A DNA stretch of 63,971 bases, filler included, from Dimargaris cristalligena (lineage: Eukaryota), in NCBI GenBank assembly GCA_003614675.1. It is 5 parts of 5 records of this genome, joined end to end, with 100 filler letters (N's around TTAATTAATTAA, not from the genome) between each part and the next. Parts side by side here need not be neighbours in the genome. Positions count along the whole stretch, not along the records: positions 12,954 to 25,786 come from ML003021.1; positions 25,887 to 38,718 come from ML003022.1; 3 more parts are not named here. One strand, written 5' to 3'. The notes below the pieces were generated by a model that was given only the letters and a program-made list of their open reading frames with translations, ran no database searches and was not told where the DNA came from. Positions 13,590 to 26,027 of the stretch are shown in pieces; the first letter of the stretch is position 1, and each line of letters begins with the position of its first letter. The position numbers were made by a program, and so were the translations under genes.

Positions 13590-16519
13590 ATTGGGCACTA
13601 AAGAAAGGTGTCGGTGGCTTATCAACCCCGCGAACCAATAATCATACACACTGCAAAGACGGGGCCCAAGGGACTGCCGGTGTTGATATGGTATGTGCAA
13701 ACGTCGTAAGGCGAGAGGTAGTGGATACGGTTATAGTATAGGACGAGTAGTTACCGCGGAGTATTAAGGGAGGACAGGTAGTTTACGCGTTGGTTCGGCA
13801 GATAGAGTTATAAACTAAGAGTATCAGGTAAGAAGCTGGGGTTGGAAGGGAAGTGGGCAAAGCGGGGTACCCAATACTGGTTGGGTTCCGTCTACTCAAG
13901 TGGATAATCAAATACGGTGAGAAAATGGGGTGGTCATGCACTTGGTCACTGTCATAAGGGCTGTCCTCGACTGCATAGCTTAGACTACCCCACTCAGGAC
14001 TATAGGGTGGGGAACTATAAAGTAATATGGGCGCAATCAGGTTACCTCCGTTATTAATCAGAGCCTTTGCCTTCTTAAAAGACTCCTCCCCACTGGCCGT
14101 CATTTTAGGGCCACAGCCGAGGGAGTGTCCTCGGGCTGCAGACGGGACTGAGGGCCACTGGGGGATAGAGCCATTGGGGCGGGGGACTGCAAGTTACCCC
14201 GTAAATAACCGGGCGGCGGAAACTACGTGGAACCCTACTGCAGTACCATAACCCCTCTTCCTTGAATACTTCGCGGGGTTGGATAGATCGACGTAAGGCC
14301 AAATAGGCGACTGGGGGGGGCGGGGCACTATAACATAGTTCCCCGAAGGTTTACTAACAAGGCCCTTTAATATACATTTAGATGGACAACTGTCGGCCCG
14401 CTATTTTTGAACCCCACAGGCCACACAGTGCGTCAACTGGGGCCGGGATTCTTTAACCATGTTTGGGCTACCACTATAGATCAGGAATACCAGGCGAACA
14501 TTAAGGGCCATGCTACCATTAGTGATGCCATTGTACCTGTGAAGGTCTTGGGTGATTCGCCTGGTGATAATCTACCATTTTAGTAATCGTGGATGGATCG
14601 GTTAATCCATTTGGATAAAAGGCCAGTTTGGCCCCTAGGAGGGACTTCCAGGTGGCCTAATGGAGTAGATGACCGGGCATTTTTTAATGCCGCGGATGGC
14701 CAAGTTAAATGCCTATATTTACACAAATACAATGGTGTGCACGTTACCCTTGTGGCTGGGATAATATATTCATGACAACCAAATACTTATATTGGGTAAG
14801 AGCAGCACTCGATCTGGTCTTCGCCATTACTATACTGTGATATAGAGTCGCCGCTTTACCAATATCCGCGACAGGCGTCGCCTGCACCACGGCATTGCAT
14901 TGACTATAACGGGAGTTGCCCTAGACAATAATGCTTTAAATGTAGTCTCAGTCAGGGGCACCGTTTGCTCCAGCCTGACTACTGTGGACCCTGGCCATCG
15001 CAGCGGGAGCCATTCATCTAATCAGGCCCCTGCCCCTTCTTTACAGTATGGGCGTTCAGTTACTTATAATTACTGTTTGGCAGGCCTATTTTGTTGTAAT
15101 CAATTTGAAAATAACAAATGGGCGAGAAAGCCCTACTACAGGGCAGTTAGGCCATTCGCCGTTTCCATTAAAATACCCAGGGCGTCTAAATAGACCTGTG
15201 CTGGTACATGTCTCATATATCGTATATGGGAACTGGTATTACACCTCTATAGCAAATGGGAAACTCTTCTCAGAATAATGGGGGTTGGTCATGTGCCGAA
15301 TGTTGGTTGGTTGATGCAATCGATTGTCCCTCAGGCAGATTTTGCGTGTGCTATTAAACAATAGGTACGGTCAGTTGAAATGAGGGATAGCTTGGACTAT
15401 GGTCTTGGGACCAACTGATACCGAGTTCCCACAGCTGGCAAACAGGCTAGTTTTCATAGCAACTTTGCTGAATATTTTTGTGAACTCTCTTAAGCCGTGA
15501 ATTCACCACAGAACATCTAAAAACTGTATGGTTCGCAAGCCATTAACACAATCCACGTTATACATACACCTACTGATAGAAAGGTGGGGATGGAGTAACA
15601 GCAAGCGGCTTGACAGACCGAGGATCTTACCTGACCGGTCCGTCTTCTCACTTCGGTTCGCGCCTTATACAATCAACCATGCTCAGGGTATTCTCACAAT
15701 GTGCAATAGGTGTTTTTGGGACCAGAGCGCGCCTCAAAGTTGAGGCTGGTGCAGGTCCTATAGTACCCCCTCCACCTTTGGCACCAGATTCCACAAGCGA
15801 CAGCTTGCCCTGTCCAGGGTATTACCGAAGTATTTATCCGACCAAATTACTCTCCGTACTTTAACCATCCCCCCCGTCAACCCGACTGATGGCGGTATAG
15901 TAATAGTGAGGTTCTTCTACATCCATAAGTTGCCGGCCCTCCAACAGACCGGTGCATATTATTTATAGCCATTGCCTACTACGCCTAGGACTATTAACAA
16001 ATTACTTGACAAGGAAGGCTCTCCTCAAGCTGTAGTATCCAGTTTTGCGGCAAAACACTTGATACATTGCTACTGTAGTCTTGGGCTTGAGTACGCGGAT
16101 GTCTACTGTTGTTCTGGGATACCCTCTTTACTGATAAGTGCAATGTAAGCGGAACAGGGAAGAAAGGTGCGTTTTGGAAAGCATGAACGAGGTGGATTTT
16201 TTGCTATCCCAGAAACTGGTCCATCATCCCGCTGTTTAATGGGGTGTTTTTTTTTGCCATGGGCCTTGAAGCTGGCTTCCTCCACACGCGCGCATACACC
16301 CTACTACACTCGCCCTCCTCCTGCCTCCGAATGTCCTCCACCCAGTAGTGGCACACACTCCCTCCCAACGTCATAACAGGTAGCCGCGCTTCGTTCCCTC
16401 GCTATTTTTAAAGCTTCCAGGTGATCTCCACCTTATGCCTTCCCTTCTCTTTCCTTCTCATTCCCATCACTTCATAGCTCTATTCTCCCAGTTGATTCCA
16501 CGCCCCTAAAGTATCCACC

Positions 16520-19213
16520 ATGCTCGTCAAAGTCCGCATGCAGGAGGGTCTCCTCGGGACCATTGACATTCATAAACAGGAAGAAATAGCTGATGTCCGC
16601 GCCGCCGTCCTCAGGCTCCTCAAGAAAGAACTCAAGCCTAACTCCCATTTGCGCCTGTTCCACTTAGGCAAAGAGGTAAGATACCATCCCCTTCTATTGT
16701 TTCTATACAAGCACACCGAAGTACCATTGGGGCCCTGTGGTAAGGGAATCGGCCTCCCTTAATAGTCTATGTCCCTGCTTATTTCATTAGTTTGTATTTC
16801 ACTTGGTCCGATACGGAGACTTGGAACCAAGTGTTACCTTGTACACCAAAGCTACCGTCTATTTAGAGACCCCCGCACCTGGACTAGGCAACTAACCCTA
16901 TATACCTCTCCGATTTCATTACCTTTCTTTTTTGTGAAGCTTGCTGACGGCTTTACCGCCTGGGACTTCAATATCAGACCAAACGACACTCTGCTATGTT
17001 TTATGCGCGACACACCTCCCCAGTCGACCCCGACCAAGCCCACCTCGGCTGACTACTTGGCGGGTATAAGCTCTAATGATACACCAGGCCCCAATGAATC
17101 TTTGTCCTCCCCGGGCCCCAGCGTGCGTGCTACCCGCTCGACCAGCGACTCCATGCGCCCCCCCACCAGTCTTAACAAAACCCCCCGAGCAACCGCCACC
17201 CCAGAACCTAGTGGTACTCCCGCCGGTCAGACCGAGTATTGTTTGACCTGCAAAAACCAGGACGGCCGCAAATGCAAAATGTGCGGGTGCAAAGAGTGCG
17301 GGGGTAAGCAGGACGAGGATAAAACTCTGATTTGCGAGGAGTGCCAAATGTATTACCATATGTACTGCCTCCCAACCCCCCTGACCGAAGTGCCCACGGA
17401 CGACTGGTACTGCCACGACTGCTTCAACGATCCCAATGTAGTGATCAAGGCCGGCTCTAATAACATGGCCAAGTCCAAGAAGCGCAGCGCGATGCCCTCC
17501 GCCACCTGTACTCGCAAATGGGGCGGGGGTATGGCTTGCGCCGGGGTGGATAATAAGTGCACGATTGTCAAACCCGATCACGTAGGGCCTATTCCTGGTA
17601 TACATGTCGGCCAAACCTGGAAGTTCCGCATCCAACTAAGCGAGTCCGGGGTCCATCGTCCTCCCGTAGGTGGTATTGCCGGCAAGTCCGATGTCGGAGC
17701 GGTGTCTATTGTCATGGCCTGTGGATACGAAGAGGATGAGGATTACGGCGATGAGTTCATCTACACCGGTTCCGGTGGCCGTAACCTTAGCGATGGTAAT
17801 AAGCGCGTCGGAAAACAGACCTGCAACCAGGAACTGACCCGTTTCAATATGGCGCTTGCGCGCACTTGCGACGCCCCCTTCAATTCCACCACGGGCAATA
17901 CTGCCAATAACTGGAAAAATTCCAAAGCAGTGCGCGTGGTGCGCAGTTACAAACTGGCCAAAAACCACCCCATGTTCGCGCCGGAGGCCGGAGTTCGCTA
18001 CGACGGTATCTACCGGCTGGTTAAGTACTGGCCTGAGCAGGCCAAGTCATCCCCCTTCCTGGTCTGGCGGTTTAAGTTCCGCCGGGACGACCCCGAGCCC
18101 GCTCCCTGGTCTAAAGAAGGGATGGAGCGAATCGAACGCCTGGGACTGGTCATGGTTGGCCACGACCCGGAAACTGACCTGGAGGGGGTTGTGACCCCTT
18201 CGTCCAAACGGAAGGGCAAGGCGGCCGACAGCGAGTCACCGGCCAAACGGACCAAAGTCACTGCCTCGCCTGCAGATAAAAAGCCCCTTACGGTACTCCA
18301 AAATTTCCTTGTACCTCCGCCTGTACTGGCTCTTATCGATCGAGACACCGAGAACCGCCGTATTTGGCAAAAGGTGCTCCATATGGAACTGCCCAGTCTG
18401 AGCGCTCTACTCCGGCAGTTGGCTGAGCAGGACTTCATGTGCCCCATATGCCAAGACCTGGTAGATCCCCCAGTTACCACCAAATGCGGGCATAACTGCT
18501 GCCAACACTGTCTGACAAAATCCATCAAAACCTTCGGCCCCCAGTGCCCCGTTTGCCGTGGCCAGCTTGATTATCCCGAGGGAGAGCCTCTGCCCCTCAA
18601 CAATGCCCTGAGCCAAATTCTCCGCCAGTTAATCCCCAGTTACGGTGCGACAGTGACCCCGTTATCCCGCCAAAACTCGTCGACCAAGACGCCCAAGACC
18701 GCCAGGGCGACCAGGTCGACCACGACCCCCGCAGTTACCGTACCCACACCTGCTACTACTCCCCGGGCGGGTAATCCCCCTACCGATGAGGTGGATGTGG
18801 TTATATTGCCAGTTGTAGAACTTCTATCGGTTCAGACCTCCAGCTCTAATTTGGCCCCCAAGACAAACGGGACGGCCCGTAAGTCTACTGGGCGCCATGC
18901 CACTAAATCCATGGGTGGCAAATCTCGCAGAACCTCATCCCTGAATCCCACTTTGCCACTGCAGTCGGTCCAATCTCCGTCTACCCAGGACGTCTCCGCA
19001 GATTTGGACGCCCTGCTACTTTCTATCCCCGCTTCAAGCTCAACTGACCCCCAGCCAAGCCCCAGTTTAGACTCTCCAACTACATCCGATGACAAGACCC
19101 TTGTCTCACTTTCTGACGTCCTCACACCCTCTAAAATCCCCCAAACATCAATTGATGGAATGGACTCGGAGTCTTCCCAATCCGATAGACCATTAGTTAC
19201 GTTCAATCTATAA
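16520..19213 (+). CDS. UHRF1: UHRF1-like E3 ligase / hemimethyl-CpG reader (UBL-PHD-SRA-RING + long C-terminal tail); exons 16520-16675, 16940-19213; ~809 aa
   Basis: Spliced UBL (MLVKVR...LRLFHLGKE|LADGFTAWDFNIRPNDTL), UHRF-type pre-PHD/PHD (CLTC...CKMCGCKECGGKQDEDKTLICEEC...HMYCL...WYCHDC), WGGGMAC linker, SRA (GPIPGIHVGQTWKFRIQLSESGVHRPPVGGI...GYEEDEDYGDEFIYTGSGGRNLSDGNKR...GVRYDGIY), C3HC4 RING (CPICQD...CGHNCCQHC...CPVCR). Confidence 0.93.
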
Positions 19214-19264
19214 TATGATTCATCACCGAAGATGGCGATGGATGCTTTAGTGCAGGTTGCCATA

Positions 19265-19408
19265 ATATGGGTGGAATTCGACCCAGCTGTATAAGGTTTT
19301 AAATGATAACTGTACGGGATAATGTATGGGATATTTATTTTTAACCAACCATATTTGCTTCATCCAACGGATTTTTCATTATACAGCTCGGTTGAACCTC
19401 TCCCATAT
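19265..19408 (+). mobile_element. ~144-bp MITE-like hairpin element
   Basis: ATATGGGTGGAATTCGACCCAGCTGTATAA ... TTATACAGCTCGGTTGAACCTCTCCCATAT; starts ~50 bp after the UHRF1 stop. Confidence 0.8.
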
Positions 19409-19539
19409 GAAATGCTTTAAATGGAGTTTAAAAGCTACTTGGTACGACATTTACAATGGGTGAACTTTTAATGTGACTGTTAGCCAATTTCTACCATCAA
19501 CCTACTGTAATGAGATGCCAATTTCGGAGCCTTTTACTA

Positions 19540-21215
19540 GTCTTTGGATTATTTCAAGTATTAAACTTGTATTTAAATGGTAGTTTAAACTATGACACTT
19601 ACTCTTATTTTATATATGATATTTACACTACTTTATATAACATCCTAAGTATTTTATGTATAAAATATTTTTAGGTTATAAGATACTTTGGAAGGTATCT
19701 ACCTTCACCATCTCATTCAACCTTTCCTTAGGCTACAGTGATTCTTTAATGTAGTTGAATGGAATACAGACATAATGTTTTATTCTATATTCCCCTTTTT
19801 TAAAGAACCACCTTATCCTGAGTGTGGAATCATTTTACTATTGCATCAGATTTATATGAAAACTCTGATTATTTGAAATATATCTAATAAATATTACTAT
19901 AAAAATTTCAGTCATTGTATCTCTTTTTATCTATTATATATAAACTTCATATGTCATCTTGAATTAACACCAGGAGAGCTTGTAGTTATGTTAGTTAATT
20001 ATTCCAGGTGGGAATAATAGGTATAATCCGTCTTTATTTTGGTTTTTAAATATAATTTTTAGTATAAATTTTTTACTAATTAGAAATACAAAAGGTAAGT
20101 AGGTTAGAAAATGGACCTCACAACTGTAGTCATATTCATACTTATCTTACTCTCCTACTTTGTCTATATTCTATTATCAACTATTCAGTCACTACTCAAT
20201 AAAACCAAGTGAAGAGGTTCTCCTGAATCTCTTTGTGGCTTTTCTCTCTTATTATTATTTTGATATACTTTATTAGCTTGTGAATTCTATCTAGAATACA
20301 TCTCCAATAAAGTATACTCCCCATTCTGCCAATACTTAACATTTTTTGTTTATGGGTATCTATTATGATTCACCATATAGGTATCACTATTTTTCCCTTT
20401 TTGTTACTATATTATACCTTACTATAATACTATCTAAGATTAACTACTCCCACTGCCCTACTAATATTGTTATAACCCTTTATAAGGCTACTACTATCCC
20501 CCCTCCTAGCTCAGAAATAACAGGGGCTGTAGGTTACTTACCTAATAATATCAATACTATTATACCACCTCCTTAAGAACTACAAACTGTAGTGGCACCT
20601 GTACCCAGGCCCAGGTTACTAGGATATCTTCAGGACTGGTCCTGCAATCCCCCCCAGTGGCCCTGTAGGAATCCCTAACCCTGAAGTACCTAGTAACTCT
20701 ATAATATATCTAATAACCAAGCTACTGAGTTTATTAGAATAAACCTATTTGGAACTCAATTTAAACCAACAATACTACCAATGACCCAAATGTTACCAGT
20801 TATCAATATCAAGTGACCCAGGACCATTTGTGGTTATTCCTATAATGGTAATAAGGCCAGCTATTACCCTCTATTGCCCCTGAATACCCTAACCCCTCTG
20901 ATTAATTACCAGTATGTAAATAAGGGGCAATCAGCTATTATTAATAAACCAAACTTTTGAAGACCTATTTCTTACTTTTAAGACTATTAATTATTTTGTA
21001 AATTTTTACTAAATTCTTATTACTATTTGAACTCTTATTTTGACTATTCTCCCACTATTATATAACAATCCTACATCCCCTACCCTCACTTACTCTCCCT
21101 CACCTACACTTAAATAGGAGTTCCCTATTATAAGGAATACCTTTTTTCCCTTTACCTTTCCTAATTTGGTATACTACTACTACCTTTACCTATATTTTAG
21201 TAATCCTTTATTCTC
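19540..21215. mobile_element. AT-rich, CpG-depleted relic (probable decayed transposon sequence)
   Basis: Very TpA-rich, nearly CpG-free, no intact ORF, abuts an LTR-like copy; identity not decodable by eye. Confidence 0.45.
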
Positions 21216-21802
21216 TGTCAGCCCTCCTAATCTGACTTAATCCTGACTTAACAATTGTCTGTCCTTATTAGGCCTTATAGTACTATATTAACCCTCCCAT
21301 AGTCACCCCCAGTACTATAGGATCACCATCTATTATATAACCCTTCTCCTTCTAGCCCCCAATACTTTGCACCAAAACACTCAACCAGCCAATCCAAATA
21401 ACTCTTCTGGTTCCCATGAGAGTCTTCCAGATACAAGGCCATCCAGTCAGATTCCTTATTTACCTATACCTAGTCTTAGTAGTATCTCCCATTGGGACCT
21501 CCCTCTGGAGCTGTCCCCACATATATATAACCGGGCCCCATTGGGACTAGTTAGATTCCTTAGCTTATTCTTACCCCCTAGTTTACCCCTAATAAACCCT
21601 ATATATGATCACCTCCCCTTACTAACTAGTAAGTATGCCCACTGCATGTCCCTTACATACACCTACTACTTAGCCTATATTATTTAGTACTATATCCTGT
21701 ACCTAATGCTAGTAGCCCACTTGGCTAAGCCTAAGCCCTACTAACCATTAGAAACCTATCCTTGGGACTCTTAATGGAATAAGAGTGGTAAACCCATAAT
21801 AT
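21216..21802 (-). mobile_element. LTR-like repeat (family 1)
   Basis: Starts TGTCAGCCC; homologous along its length to 11799-12381 and 37878-38461. Confidence 0.75.
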
Positions 21803-22823
21803 AATAACCTATTATGTCCCCCCCTTCCATTTATCTTATAGAAAGACTATGAGTAATATTGGGTAGCCTGATTATAGATTAGCTATATAGGTGATACTAA
21901 TGAAGTTTACTATAAACCTTACTTTTTTGTATCATAACTTACCTTGTGGGGCCCTTGGCTGGCTCTATTTCTCTTCTTTCTACTACTATGTCTACATAAT
22001 GGCTAAAGAGGTGCTTAAAGAGCATTATAATAATAAAATAGCCTGGTATGGGAAAGCAGGATGCCCCACTTAATGAGGGGGGTAGGTCAGTGACCTGGGG
22101 CTGTTATTTACATAAAATCAATAATAAAGATTGACAAAGTGAAGTCTTAAGTAAATCACGATTTTACTTTTCGCGTATTCTCAGACTCCACCCATGCAGA
22201 GCCAGTGGATCTAGAACGGTCTCCCCTTTGTTGGCCTTCCCCTCGCACTATACAGTACATAGTGCCATTTCATTTACAATGGCCTTATACATCAATACTT
22301 GCCAACATTCTGTAGGTTACCCCCTTTCTCAGCGGGATTGAACTTTACTTTAAGATTTAATCCAGTAAATATGAACAGCCACATGGACCCTCATGGTACT
22401 CTTCAAGCACAGGGGTTTATTAATAACAGCCGAAAGCGGAAGAATAAATGCGCCCATACATTGATTTAGTTACAGTTGGGCAAACGTATAAATGACGATA
22501 GGGGGGGGGGGAAGAAATAGTGGGCATAGACATGTAGAAGCAAATGGAAGTATGGGGAGAGCAAGGTGAACGGATAAAAACATAGAAAAACAGGGGGGGA
22601 AAGATAAAAAATCGAGCCATAAGGGACGAGGAATGCGAACATTGGCGAACTAATCGAGTTGAAGGTAAGAGAGAAATACGGAGCTATAGGCCTGCGCGGG
22701 AAGGCGTCTTTGCTTAATGAGGTGTCGGAGTAACGAGGCTGTACGCATGCGCACAGAACCCCCCGCGAGAGAGGAAAGATAGTGTCGTCGACCCACAAAA
22801 AAAAAAAGGAAGGGGAGGCGCAG

Positions 22824-23737
22824 TTAGCAGCACTTACCGCTGGACTGCTTAGTCTCATTATCCGAGGGCACAATGATGTTGGAGCCCGCGCCTGGCTGCA
22901 CAGCATCCGGGGCCGATTCCAGGGCCTTGTTGGACACAATGCGGTAAATTTCGGTCAGAATCTTCTGGAAGGCCTGTTCGACGTTGCTGGCGTCGAGCGC
23001 GGATGTCTCAATGAACGACAGGCCGTTTTCGGCAGCAAAATTCTTGGCCTCTTCCGTCGGTACCGCCCGGAGGTGGCGCAAATCGCTCTTGTTTCCGACC
23101 AGCATAATCACAATGTTATTGTCGGCGTGGTCACGGAGTTCCTTGAGCCATCGGGTCACGTTTTCGTACGTCATGTGCTTGGCAATATCGTACACCAGGA
23201 GGGCGCCCACCGCGCCGCGGTAATAGGCGCTGGTGATGGCGCGGTACCGTTCTTGGCCGGCCGTGTCCCAGATTTGGGCCTTAATGGTCTTGTTGTCGAC
23301 CTGGATACTACGAGTGGCGAATTCGACACCAATAGTGGACTTGGAGTCGAGGTTAAATTCATTGCGGGTGAACCGCGAGAGAAGGTTGGATTTACCTACC
23401 CCAGAATCTCCGATGAGGACAACTACATATGGGGCAATAAATTGAGGGTGAAGGGTACGGGGGGAATAAGTAAGTCAGTAGGGAACCAGGCTGAATAGAT
23501 GGAAAATGTGGCACATGGGAATGGGCCACGAATAGATGAGGGGGGGAGGGACAAGGCTAAATAGGGGGGTTCATCTGAGCATCCCATTCCTTGACGTATG
23601 GGCAGTTCAAAACAGGTATTGAAAAGCATGTACGAGCTGACGGGTTCCTTTCACTACGGATATTACGAAGATGGGTACGGGAATGGTAACTCGGACTTAC
23701 CCTTGAACAAGTAGTCGTATTCGTCGTCTTTGCTCAT
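22824..23737 (-). CDS. YPT31: Rab11-family GTPase (Ypt31/32, Ypt3); exons 23701-23737, 22824-23422; 211 aa
   Basis: [35 protein letters not shown]...STIGVEFAT...[28 protein letters not shown]...GNKSDL...ETSAL; C-terminal CC prenylation motif. Confidence 0.96.
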
Positions 23738-24307
23738 GATGGACTTGGGAGGGGTGGAGTAAAAGGCTTAGAGAGCGGGTCGGAAAGGAAGGGTTAGATG
23801 TTGGGGCGGATCAATGGTGAAGAAGGAAAAGGTGCATGGGAGGGCCAAGATGAGAAAGAGCGGTGAGATGAGAGGATGGTGTATAGTATAGTCTAGTAGT
23901 AGGTTTGGGGTAAACGGCCGGCTGTATGTGGTAGCGAATGAGACCAGAGGGGAGAGAGACTTGCCCAAGTGGTTCGGGCGGTTTAGAACAAAGGGAGAGG
24001 AAACAGGGGGCCCAGGCGGATGATATATACGATGCAGGCCTCTCTAGATAGTGCGACCTAGGGGTGTTCTACACCTCGTGGGGCTCCTGGGTTCGAAACT
24101 GCAATGCAAGTGGCACGGTATAGCCAGACCAGGCCATTCAAAAGAATCCCTTGCCGTATCACATGTTGCGTAATGGCAGTGGAGACACCTCCTCATTAAT
24201 CAGGCTGGGGCTCTATTACTACTCCATTTACAACCCGCGGCATCGGGGTGTCCTGGTTTTATTAGCCCGGGTTGCACAATGTTTGGTGGACTTGTAATAT
24301 TGTATAT

Positions 24308-24450
24308 ATATGGGTGAAATGCGACCCAGCTGTAAAGGTTTTCCACAATATGTGTATGGGAAAACAGGCGGGATGCTTATTTTCAGCCTGTGGTTTTGGC
24401 TGTATCCAACGGATTCTTCACTATACAGCCTGGTTAAACTACTCCCATAT
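24308..24450 (+). mobile_element. ~144-bp MITE-like hairpin element
   Basis: ATATGGGTGAAATGCGACCCAGCTGTA ... TATACAGCCTGGTTAAACTACTCCCATAT. Confidence 0.75.
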
Positions 24451-24869
24451 TGATATTGCCCTGAAGTGATGAGCATTTAGGCCTTCTTTAAGTGGTAACA
24501 TTTATAAAATGCACCTTTAATATATAGAATAGTTAGTATCGAATAGAACAGAACAGACACCTCCTAGACCCATGGAGGGGAGCGAGAGGCAAGGTATAGG
24601 AGACCTACAGTCTCAGGACGTAGGTATCCCAGGTACACCATAGGCTATTCCTGTTGGCTGGTACAGTATATTGTATATAAGACAGGGTTTACCACTAGAT
24701 AACCCAGTACCTTCTTAGGACGGTCAACATGACCAAAAAGATAAATAAAGGCTTGCTAAACATTAGGCACCTGTATCCATAAAATCTGTTGGTAAATTTT
24801 CAAAAACTGGGAGGAACTCAATGATCTGTTATGCATAGGCATCCCACCTTCTTTTGACCAGGCCAAAAA

Positions 24870-25786
24870 TCATTGCTTCTTTGCAAAGAAGTGTCCCACT
24901 TTTGATTTCAATCGGGAGAGTAGAGTTGCCGAGTTATCAACCAGCTGGAAGTTAGCAAATAGGGTATTACCACCATACTCCTGAGGTTTCCGGTGTATAC
25001 TTTGGTCCAACTCACTACTGTCGGTTGGATTAGTAGCACCATCAGTAGTAGCCACAGCTATTCTTTCCATGTGAGCTTTATGGTATCCAGGAAGCAAATA
25101 AGGGGAAAAACTGGGAGAATCTGAATTAGTCATTGACTGCCCATATATATTGGATGTGAGCACCTGGTCGAGCTGAAATACCACCAAAGGCCCAGCCTGA
25201 AGCAGTTTACCATCATGGGTTAGATAAAGATATTTCTCATCCAAGAAGTACATAACTTTCCAGAAGGCCTTTTGGGGAGTTTTCAGATCTTTATACTACT
25301 TTGACTAAACATCGGACAGACAATTGATCACCTCAACTGAATGATTGGATTCATGGTGGCTAAGTAGGGCCTTTTGTGTAGCTAGAAAGCTATTTAACCC
25401 CTCTCTTCTCTGAATGTCGCCCAGCCCCACCATAGCACAGGATACCACTTCAATAGAAGGCTGGTGGCCTTTGATTGTGGAAAAGGCAATGACCAGCTGC
25501 ACAAGGTCCCAAATTCACAACACAACTTCCGGGGTTTTCAACTCTTTGTAGCTGAATACTTTGGCCTGGTGGGCAGTGGTGGCAACAACCAAGAAAAATT
25601 CCTCCACTTGACCCCATTCTTCATGGTAACACCACCACCCCAGAATGACCATCAGTACTCGGTGTACTACATCAAGCACCAAGCCATTTTTTATTGCCCC
25701 ACTCTCACTGAACTTATAAGGGATTACAATTGTACCAGACTGGTGTTCATTATTGGCCTTATTTTCAGTTACTTCAGCCAACTGGG
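24870..25786 (-). pseudogene. Disrupted ORF of unknown family (runs off contig end)
   Basis: ORFs 25515-25781, 25305-25502 and 24870-25253 are all one frame, separated only by in-frame TGA/TAG/TAG stops; internal repeat YKELKTPE / YKDLKTPQ; CpG-poor. Confidence 0.5.
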
Positions 25787-25886
25787 NNNNNNNNNNNNNN
25801 NNNNNNNNNNNNNNNNNNNNNNNNNNNNNNTTAATTAATTAANNNNNNNNNNNNNNNNNNNNNNNNNNNNNNNNNNNNNNNNNNNN
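25787..25886. other. Artificial contig spacer
   Basis: N44-TTAATTAATTAA-N44. Confidence 0.97.
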
Positions 25887-26027
25887 TAGGCTTCCTCTTT
25901 TGAGTATAAATACTCCCCCTTACTGCCACCTCTTGGAACAGCAAGTCTATCATTACCTTTCCCTTTTTATCACCTATCTTTTCGAATAAAGTTCAGTTTT
26001 CAAGGATTTGAGTTTAATTCTTTACAC

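Noticed and set aside
16769-16939. N-terminal 57 aa of the 814-aa ORF (MSLLISLVCISLG..., signal-peptide-like)
   Set aside because: Lies within the UHRF1 intron; the true start is 16520, which completes the UBL domain.
22782-23498. 238-aa plus-strand ORF and similar long antisense ORFs over GCN5, IDO, MUN, PPR and Urb2-like genes
   Set aside because: Antisense shadows of GC3-rich coding sequence with no recognisable motifs.
24530-24729. Possible third short LTR (ends ...GGTCAACA, internal TATATAAG)
   Set aside because: Single copy in the window, 5' TG terminus and TSD not clear; insufficient support.
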